Source of the DNA: Bacteroidota bacterium
GTDB lineage: Bacteria; Bacteroidota; Bacteroidia; UBA4408
Assembly: GCA_040385525.1 (NCBI GenBank)
Contig: JAZKHE010000004.1
Span: 256,787 to 320,786 of the forward strand
DNA length: 64,000 nt
Reading direction: 5' to 3'
This document shows, piece after piece, positions 58,601-64,000 of the stretch; within the stretch, counting starts at the first letter, position 1, and the number at the start of each line of letters is the position of its first letter. The position numbers and the translations under genes were made by a program. Under the pieces are notes generated by a model. That model was not told the DNA's origin. It worked only from the letters and a program-made list of their open reading frames with translations, and did no database searches.

Positions 58601-60386
58601 TAGAACCATCAATTGCAATTGAATTATTATCTATATCATAAGACGAACCAACACCACCTGAACCTAATAAAATCCCTTTAATAGCTCTTGTAGCAGTAGC
58701 TGTACCTGTATGAGCTGAAGTAATATCAGAAATAAAATTGTTGTAAGCCTTTAAATTAGCAGTTGTTGAAGCTGCTAAATTTATCAATTCCATTCCATGA
58801 ATACCGCTTGTAGAAGTTGTACTCGTATTTCTAATTCCTCTTACTTTATTGTTGTATACTAAAGAATTACCAACTACTGCATCTAAAAAAATACCTCTTG
58901 TTGAAACAGCAGCAGTTGTAGTAATATTTTGCACTATACAATTAAAAATTTTTACGCCAGATTGGTTGAATGCTCTTATACCATAAGTTGTATTAGCACC
59001 AGCACCAATATCACCAGTTGGTGTACCAGCATAATCAGCACCAATTTTAGTTACACCACTTGCTTCAGTTCCTATTTCGTTACCAAACTCAAGGAAAGTG
59101 GCATTACCATTTAAAAAAATACCACTGTAAGTATTGCTAATAGTTAAATTGTAATATCTGTTGTTTGCGTTGGCTCCTGTTGAATTGGTTGGTGTTACAC
59201 CTCCACCAGTTGTACTTGCAGTTTGCAAAATACCAATAGTATTTGTGTTTACTCTATTTAAACTAATTGCACAATTTTTAATAATATTGTCTATTGCACC
59301 ATCAGTAGCGGTTCTATTCTTTAGTAAATAACCATATTCCATACGGGTATTACCAGTTGTATTGGCAGCATCATCTCGTACATCAATACCGTCAAATCTT
59401 AAATAATCGCCACCATTAATAGCAATTACAGCATCAGTAGTTCCTAGACCATTAACACCCGAAACAATTGGATTTGCTCCAGCTCCACTTTTTTGAAAAG
59501 TAATAGTATTAGCACCTGTACCAGTAGCGTTAATAGTTAAAGGTGTATTTGTAAATACTTGTCCCGCAGAAACATTAAAAACTATTGAATTGGGCAATGG
59601 ACTACAAACAACGGTATTATTTAACCAATTAACTGCATCAGTAAAATTATTAAAATTTGAACCTGTGGTAGCTAAAGTATTATTTATGGTAAATGTGCCA
59701 ACTGAAGCTAATGGCGATACTGCAGAAGTAAGCAAAACATCATCGAGAGCTACAGGCGCACCAGTTCCACCTGAATTATCATTTTTCCATGTAAAAATTA
59801 TTCTTACAGTTGATGAAGAAGCACAATTATTTATAAAAGATTGTGGAATTGCAATATTAATATTTTGAACAGGTGTAGTAGCTGAATATCTACCAAGCAA
59901 ATTTGCACTTGCAATAGCAGTTCCCGAATTAGATGGAGTTCCAACTACAGGAGTAACCGTATTTGGAGCAACATAAACTAATAATTCATCCCAAGTTGCA
60001 TCATTTGTATTACAAATTAAGTTAAAACTTAAATTTACATTAGTTTCGCCAGATGGCACAGTAACATCTCTGTAAAAGTGAACAGTTGATGAACTTCCGA
60101 TTGTATAAGTATGTACTCCTCCATTAGTAATGTAAGCCGAGTTAGTCATAAAGGCTGATGCCCCAACGCCTACAGACCAAGTATTTACAGCTGCACCATT
60201 TACAACAGTCCAACCATTACTAGCGAAATCACCGCCCAATTCAAAGTTACCACCATTCGCAGTACCTATAATTGTTGTTTGTGCTTTTAAACCGCTTGAA
60301 AAAGCAATAATAGCAACTAAAACAAGAGTAAATTTACTTAGCCAATTTAGCCCTGTAAATTTGTTTTTTGAGTAATTGTGTTTCAT
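52686..60386 (-). CDS. Giant (2566 aa) T9SS-secreted adhesin with MAM-like and FN3-like domains and ~11 cadherin-like beta-sandwich repeats
   Basis: Signal peptide GLKAQ. FN3-like units are present (PCAAISALAAYNITASTAALSWTNGSGETMWDVEYG, seen twice). MAM-like PFVEGFESVSLPTCWTQ is present. About 11 repeats of LSxLTxSxGxLSPxFxSGTxxYTVxLPxGTTG...YTVTY occur. The T9SS CTD is KGVYFVKVTGANNTVTKRVITF. Confidence 0.8.
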   Translation of the reverse strand: MKHNYSKNKFTGLNWLSKFTLVLVAIIAFSSGLKAQTTIIGTANGGNFELGGDFASNGWTVVNGAAVNTWSVGVGASAFMTNSAYITNGGVHTYTIGSSSTVHFYRDVTVPSGETNVNLSFNLICNTNDATWDELLVYVAPNTVTPVVGTPSNSGTAIASANLLGRYSATTPVQNINIAIPQSFINNCASSSTVRIIFTWKNDNSGGTGAPVALDDVLLTSAVSPLASVGTFTINNTLATTGSNFNNFTDAVNWLNNTVVCSPLPNSIVFNVSAGQVFTNTPLTINATGTGANTITFQKSGAGANPIVSGVNGLGTTDAVIAINGGDYLRFDGIDVRDDAANTTGNTRMEYGYLLKNRTATDGAIDNIIKNCAISLNRVNTNTIGILQTASTTGGGVTPTNSTGANANNRYYNLTISNTYSGIFLNGNATFLEFGNEIGTEASGVTKIGADYAGTPTGDIGAGANTTYGIRAFNQSGVKIFNCIVQNITTTAAVSTRGIFLDAVVGNSLVYNNKVRGIRNTSTTSTSGIHGMELINLAASTTANLKAYNNFISDITSAHTGTATATRAIKGILLGSGGVGSSYDIDNNSIAIDGSSSPNLSSVCLELGGSNPANNIRNNIFSNSTGAQAGVAVHCGIRTTSGTLLGAASSEVNYNNYHIANTTNGFVAITNTVSQATIAAFNTAITTPTDNDLNSVAIAPAFADAPIDLHSNSVGLDGVTTLTLAWVTTDIDGQARNNPGDIGADEYTYAAPACAAISALAAYNITASTAALSWTNGSGETMWDVEYGVAPYTFTGTPTTSFSANPAALSGLLGNTNYSVKVRANCGGAQSAWSSTVNFTTPCASIGSFPFVEGFESVSLPTCWTQQYVSGAINWASVTANGDGSISPRTGSRMAEFRTNSSGPKTKLITPPLNLTSLTTPKLKFYYANVNWTGDLDSLGIYYKTTPAGTWTRIGTSISNENLAWTEYNVTLPNPSASYYIALEGISGYGRGFNIDDFEVSEAPACSPVSNIMVTNLTPTTAVITWTQGGSETAWDIEYGGIPYTFTGTPTASYTTNVATLTSLNASTAYTFKVRANCGGTQSTWSAITTFTTQCNAITSLPYFEGFNTPNPCWSTQLLSGTTNWGINASGEVAGTAEGSGCMSKVYNNSDALLFSPAFNISGGAAMKVDIWVYRDASSDVSDRIRLHVNTNKSLTGALQILEVFRLSTTAPTVGADGWYLYSATVPASYANGTNFYLITQGTTAGAGASYGLGVDAFNLDVIPALDIRAVDVVTPIEDACFTASESVSISIENVGASSVNFATNNMTLTVTVGGTIVTTLTSVINTGTLAPGAFGTYTVGTVNMSAVGSYTFSGNAFIATEVLTGNNNFNSNDRTTLPTVAMAYTENFESYATSTIPPTWEGSSWEVLNNHGKGGSKGYNINVYNTNPSGGSSTMFKVGAVTSTTIFTVDYRFVNYSGYPSNATTFTATDYALIGISTDCGQNFTILGTFDDVSHSPTTSFTTASYNLAPYVGQDVLLGFYAESGGVTDYYFDIDNIRIGEPLSNNASLSNLTSSVGSLSPTFASTTTNYNVTLPFGSTGGANLVPTTANAGATTIITSATNVGGTAPANQATVAVTAEDGVTTSTYTVTYNVTPANSNSSLSALTTSVGTLSPVFASGTLNYTVNLPFGSTGGATVTPTRSTTLSTISSNTGASNVAGTAGANVATVIVTAQNGSTSTYTVTYNVAAGNSNADLSNLVPSAGSLSPAFASGTHSYTVTLPSGTTGSASVTPTLADATATVTSNTNATDVTTAPNNVATVIVTAQNGTTTATYTVTFNVAAAVNNDATLASLSSSAGSLNPAFASGTSNYTVTLPFGTTGGATLVPATTNASATTMITSATNVGGTSPANTATVVVTAQDGITTMTYTVTYNVTPANTNSSLSALTTSVGTLSPVFASGTLNYTVSLPFGTTGGANLTPTLSSTLSTVSSNTSATNVAGSAGANVATVVVTAQSGATSTYTVTYSVDPGSSNANLSNLVPSAGVLSPAFASGTNSYTVTLPSGTTGSASVTPTLADATATVTSNTNATDVTTAPNNVATVIVTAQNGTTTATYTVTFNVAVALANDATLNSITPSNGTLSPTFVSSVTNYTVTLPFGTTGSETAVVVTNNAGANAVVTPASDVAGTAPANTVTIVVTAQDGITTSTYTVVYNITPASTNSSLADLTSSQGSLNPAFTSGTFNYTVLLPMSSSGAANLTPTLADAFATVTSNTPATNVAGTAGANVATVVVTAQNGSTSTYTVTYSVATSVSSDATLSSLTTSIGTLAPSFVSSITAYTVSLPFGTTGGATVTAIKTYALATLTSVTNASNVAGTAGTNVATVVVTAENGATMTYTVTYSVAAGNADATLSNLTSSQGALSPAFAAGTFAYTVTLPAGSTGTGVLTPTLATTLSTVSSNVSATDVAGSAPANTATIVVTAQDGSTATYTVVYSVSTGIDELANTTKVEVYPNPTHGIAIVKVTDVTSTKVKVSVVSLAGQVISETEIVNNGLELNHEIDLSKQPKGVYFVKVTGANNTVTKRVITF
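52950..55770 (-). repeat. About 11 x ~255-bp in-frame tandem DNA repeats (cadherin-like domain array) within the giant adhesin gene
   Basis: Recurring near-identical blocks such as GTAAGTTACAGTATAAGT..GTTGTACCATTTTGAGCAGTTACAA and CCAAATGGTAAAGTAAC are seen. Confidence 0.75.
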
Positions 60387-60602
60387 ATATATTTATTTAT
60401 TTATTAAAGTTTTTTATTAAAAAGCTAAATTAACAAATGATTGTGAATAAAAACAAACACACAACAAACTTTAACATTACAATGTTTTCAACAAGTTTTC
60501 AAGATGCTAAAAAACAGTATTTTATGTTAAAAATTGTAAATAATACTGCCAAAATTTAATATTGGTTCAACTTTTGCGTTACTTTAATTAAAATATAATA
60601 AA

Positions 60603-60752
60603 ATGAGAACAGCAGCAAAAAAAAGCAGAACAGAATTTAGCGAAAATTATAAGTTAAAAATAGACGCAAAAACAGTTATTACACTTAAAACTAAAGAAGC
60701 CGTTAAAGCTTGGTTAGAAAGATACCCAAAGGCAGTGCTTATTGAGCAATAA
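60603..60752 (+). CDS. Possible small protein (49 aa), unannotated ORF
   Basis: ATG 60603 to TAA 60750 encodes MRTAAKKSRTEFSENYKLKIDAKTVITLKTKEAVKAWLERYPKAVLIEQ. It is basic and not low-complexity. It lies in the divergent intergenic region between the giant adhesin and ubiE. The call rests on the open frame alone; no homology or ribosome-binding evidence supports it. Confidence 0.2.
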   Translation: MRTAAKKSRTEFSENYKLKIDAKTVITLKTKEAVKAWLERYPKAVLIEQ

Positions 60753-60830
60753 TTATTATTACTCTAAAATAAGTATAGCCATTAAGTTTGAACATTTTAC
60801 TTACTTTTGCGTTCCTACTTTAAAACAAAT

Positions 60831-61550
60831 ATGACTGTAACTCCTTATAAAAACGATAAAAGTAAGCGCGAACAAGTGGAAACAATGTTTGATAACATTG
60901 CTCCTAAATATGATTTTTTAAACCGTGTTTTATCTTTAGGAATTGATATTATTTGGCGAAAAAAAGCCATTAAAAAACTTAAAGCAGATTCTCCAAAATT
61001 AATTTTAGATATTGCTACAGGCACTGGAGATTTTGCTTTAGAAGCACTTTCGCTTAATCCGGATAAAATTATTGGCGTTGATATTTCGGAAGGAATGCTA
61101 GAAATGGGCAGAAAAAAAATGGCTGCCAAAAATCTTTCGCACAAAATTGAATTAGTAAAAGGCGATTCAGAAAAATTAAACTTTAACGACAATACATTTG
61201 ATGCTGTTACTGTAGCTTTTGGCGTACGTAACTTTGAAAATTTAGAAAAAGGTTTAGCCGATATTTACAGAGTTTTAAAACCAAACGGTAAACTTGTTGT
61301 GTTAGAATTTTCTAATCCAAAAAAATTCCCAATAAAACAATTCTACAAATTTTATTCGAGTAAAATTTTACCTAAAATTGGAAATTCAATTTCTAAAGAT
61401 AAATCGGCTTACACTTATTTACCCGAGTCTGTAGAGGCTTTTCCAGATGGAGCAAATTTTACAAACGTAATGCAAAAAGTAAGTTTTACAGCAACTAGTG
61501 TTACTTCGCTTAGCGGAGGCATTGCTTCTATTTACACAGGCAAGAAATAA
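60831..61550 (+). CDS. ubiE: Demethylmenaquinone / ubiquinone-menaquinone biosynthesis C-methyltransferase
   Basis: MTVTPYKNDKSKREQVETMFDNIAPKYDFLNRVLSLGIDIIWRKKAI is the canonical UbiE/MenG N-terminus, followed by the SAM motif LDIATGTGDF. The start was chosen at ATG 60831, 22 nt after a TActTTTG -7 box at 60802-60809; the track ORF begins at 60807. Confidence 0.9.
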   Translation: MTVTPYKNDKSKREQVETMFDNIAPKYDFLNRVLSLGIDIIWRKKAIKKLKADSPKLILDIATGTGDFALEALSLNPDKIIGVDISEGMLEMGRKKMAAKNLSHKIELVKGDSEKLNFNDNTFDAVTVAFGVRNFENLEKGLADIYRVLKPNGKLVVLEFSNPKKFPIKQFYKFYSSKILPKIGNSISKDKSAYTYLPESVEAFPDGANFTNVMQKVSFTATSVTSLSGGIASIYTGKK

Positions 61551-61577
61551 TAATACCTTTGTTGCGTTATACTAGCT

Positions 61578-62282
61578 GTGCAAACTAAAAACTACACTTT
61601 AATTGTTTTATTTATTTTTTCTTTTTCCAATTTATTTGGACAAAAAGAGAAAATGAAAAACATGCAATTTTACGATGAAGATATTATTCATTTTGGGTTT
61701 GCATTAGGTGTAAATAAAACTGATTTTGCCATTCAACATGCTGATAATTTTTACTCTTTTGATAGTCTTTATAGTGTTGAAAACATTGGCTTATCTGGTT
61801 TTAACATAGGTATAGTTTCTGACTTAAGAATGGGCAATTATTTAAATTTACGTTTTGTGCCAACAATATCTTTTGCAACCCGACAAATTACGTATCAGTT
61901 TGTTTCTAAAACACAATCTTTTAGTTCTACAAAAGAAATAGAGTCTACATTTATTTATTTACCATTTGCAATCAAGTACAAATCGCAACGCCATAATAAT
62001 TACAGAGTTTATGTACATTCTGGAGTAAATTGGGGCTGGGATATCGCTTCAAAAAAAGATGCCGTAGAAGACTTAAACCATCCTATTCGCTTAAAGAAAA
62101 ATGACTTTATGTATGAGTTTGGAGCTGGCTTTGATATTTATTTTGAATACTTTAAATTTTCGCCAGAAGTTAAATATTCATTAGGTTTAAGAAATATGCT
62201 TGAGCCCTCAAAAAACGTTTATAGTAATTCTTTAAAAGGTTTAAATTCTAGAGTTTTAATGCTTAGTTTTACTTTTGAATAA
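61578..62282 (+). CDS. PorT-family-like outer-membrane beta-barrel protein (T9SS-associated)
   Basis: 234 aa. Signal peptide FSNLFGQ. Alternating amphipathic beta-strands with aromatic girdles are present, for example FGFALGVN, VYVHSGVNWGWDI and YEFGAGFDIYF. The size and pattern resemble PorT/SprT. Confidence 0.45.
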   Translation: MQTKNYTLIVLFIFSFSNLFGQKEKMKNMQFYDEDIIHFGFALGVNKTDFAIQHADNFYSFDSLYSVENIGLSGFNIGIVSDLRMGNYLNLRFVPTISFATRQITYQFVSKTQSFSSTKEIESTFIYLPFAIKYKSQRHNNYRVYVHSGVNWGWDIASKKDAVEDLNHPIRLKKNDFMYEFGAGFDIYFEYFKFSPEVKYSLGLRNMLEPSKNVYSNSLKGLNSRVLMLSFTFE

Positions 62283-62451
62283 TTTAGAGAAAAGTTATAA
62301 AGTTTAAAGGTTGGAAAGTTTTAATTTGGTGAATTATGGAGTTGATGAATTGTTGAATTGATAAAGCAGAAAACAATTCACCGCAAACTGAAAACCATAA
62401 ACTAAAAACTGCAAACCGTAAACAAAAAAAGTAGCTGAAAATAAAAAAACA

Positions 62452-64000
62452 ATGATTCACTTACTTCAATATACAACCACACCTTACATTGCTGAAGATA
62501 ACACACAATTTATTAATGAAATTGCTTCTAAACTCAACATTAAAGTTTCTGAAATAAAACACGTTCAACTATTAAATAAATCGATAGATGCGCGTTCGTT
62601 CAACATTAAAGTAAACATTAAATGCAATGTGTATGTTAACGAAGAATTTGTTGAAAAACCAATTGCATTTAGTTTCAATAAACTTAACATTAATTCTAAA
62701 AAAGTAATAATTGTAGGCGCTGGTCCTGCTGGTTTATTTGCTGCTCTAAAACTTATTGAAAACGGAATTAAACCTATTGTGATTGAACGTGGAAAAACCG
62801 TTCGCGACAGAAGACGAGATTTAGCAGCAATTAACAAAGAACACATTGTAAATCCTGATTCAAATTATTGTTTTGGCGAAGGTGGCGCAGGAACGTATAG
62901 CGACGGAAAGTTATATACACGTTCTACCAAACGAGGCGATGTTACAAAAGTGTTAGAAAACTTAGTTTTTCATGGTGCTAAGCCCGAAATTTTATACGAA
63001 GCACATCCACATGTTGGCACCAACAAACTGCCAAAAATTATAGAAAACATTCGCGAAACTATTTTAAATTTTGGTGGCGAAATTCATTTTAATTCGCGCG
63101 TAAGCGATTTTATTATTAAAAATAACGAAGTAAAAGGTGCTATTGTAAGCAATACAAAAACGAATGTTACCACCGAATTTATTGCTGATGCTGTTATTTT
63201 AGCAACAGGACACAGCGCTAGAGATATTTACGAATGGTTTTATAACAACAATTTTTTAATTGAAGCCAAACCTTTTGCAATGGGTGTTAGAGTTGAGCAC
63301 CAACAAGAACTTATAGATAATATTCAATACCACTGCAAAACACACGAAGAATGGGAAGAAAAAAGAGAATTTCTCCCTCCTGCGCCATACAGCTGGGTTC
63401 AGCAAATAAATAACAGAGGAGTTTATTCTTTTTGTATGTGTCCGGGTGGAATAATTGCGCCATGTGCAACAAGCCCTGGAGAGGTAGTAACCAATGGTTG
63501 GTCGCCATCCAAACGAAACAATCCTTATTCTAATTCAGGAATTGTAGTAGCTATTGGCTTAAACGATTTAGATAAATACAAGCAATTTGGTGCATTAGCT
63601 GGTTTACAATTTCAAAAAGAGTTAGAGCAAATGGCTTGGCAAAAAGGTAATAAAGATCAAACCGCACCTGCACAGCGATTACTAGATTTTACTCAAAATA
63701 AATTATCATCAACTTTACCTGTTTGCTCCTATCAGCCTGGCGTTAAATCTTCGCCATTGCACGAATGGTTACCTCCAATAATTGGAAAAAGTTTGCAACA
63801 AGCTTTTATGGAAACTGGTAAAAAAATGCGTGGTTATTTAACTAACGAAGCTTTAATTGTTGGGGTAGAATCTAGAACATCTACACCAGTTCGTATACCT
63901 AGAGATAAAGATAGTTTGCAACACCCCGAAATAAAAAACTTATATCCATGTGGCGAAGGTGCTGGTTATGCCGGCGGAATTATTTCGGCTGCCATAGATG
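62452..64000 (+). CDS. FAD-dependent oxidoreductase (COG2509-type NAD(FAD)-utilizing dehydrogenase), 3' end beyond window
   Basis: The ORF is open from ATG 62452 to the window end. The dinucleotide-binding motif is KVIIVGAGPAGLFAALKL. The family's conserved CMCPGGIIAPC motif is present. Confidence 0.75.
   Translation, partial: MIHLLQYTTTPYIAEDNTQFINEIASKLNIKVSEIKHVQLLNKSIDARSFNIKVNIKCNVYVNEEFVEKPIAFSFNKLNINSKKVIIVGAGPAGLFAALKLIENGIKPIVIERGKTVRDRRRDLAAINKEHIVNPDSNYCFGEGGAGTYSDGKLYTRSTKRGDVTKVLENLVFHGAKPEILYEAHPHVGTNKLPKIIENIRETILNFGGEIHFNSRVSDFIIKNNEVKGAIVSNTKTNVTTEFIADAVILATGHSARDIYEWFYNNNFLIEAKPFAMGVRVEHQQELIDNIQYHCKTHEEWEEKREFLPPAPYSWVQQINNRGVYSFCMCPGGIIAPCATSPGEVVTNGWSPSKRNNPYSNSGIVVAIGLNDLDKYKQFGALAGLQFQKELEQMAWQKGNKDQTAPAQRLLDFTQNKLSSTLPVCSYQPGVKSSPLHEWLPPIIGKSLQQAFMETGKKMRGYLTNEALIVGVESRTSTPVRIPRDKDSLQHPEIKNLYPCGEGAGYAGGIISAAID

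Overview
This is a low-GC window that looks like Bacteroidota, probably Flavobacteriia. The signs are signal peptides ending in an 'AQ' cleavage site, many C-terminal T9SS sorting domains, TAnnTTTG-type -7 promoter boxes and no Shine-Dalgarno dependence. Coding density is high. Main blocks:
- 1-22.5 kb: a surface-polysaccharide/glycoconjugate locus. It has a BY-kinase Wzc co-oriented with an ABC-2 exporter (wzm, wzt N-terminus), a T9SS cargo gene and a minimal exosortase-F (XrtF) system with a tiny PID-CTERM-like substrate. glyA follows, then a tandem pair of HTTM (gamma-carboxylase-like) proteins fused to a DCC thiol-disulfide oxidoreductase domain. Next comes an Arn-like amino-sugar pathway (SDR epimerase, ATP-grasp, HAD, GT2 polyprenyl-P glycosyltransferase, NeuD-like acetyltransferase, DegT aminotransferase). 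The block ends with a tandem pair of polytopic GT-C-like membrane proteins; the second is frameshifted at a T6 tract.
- 22.5-33.4 kb: housekeeping genes (fahA, HD-7TM receptor, thiolase, NlpC/P60, YigZ). A four-helix-bundle (IVS-type) gene sits here as a cassette flanked by inverted heptamer-repeat arms. Two T9SS cargo proteins follow.
- 33.5-37.4 kb: an inserted C-protein-controlled Type II R-M island (Dam-like alpha MTase, beta-class MTase, HTH controller, two-gene nuclease).
- 37.4-40 kb: a TPP riboswitch in front of a TonB-dependent receptor.
- 40-46 kb: SIMPL protein, ankyrin lipoprotein, aroA-aroB, proline dehydrogenase.
- 46-60.4 kb: two very large T9SS adhesins (a 1543-aa SprB-repeat protein and a 2566-aa protein with cadherin-like repeats), both with long in-frame DNA tandem repeats. 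Alanine dehydrogenase lies between them.
- 60.4-64 kb: ubiE/menG, a PorT-like OMP and a partial FAD oxidoreductase.
No rRNA, tRNA or CRISPR was seen.
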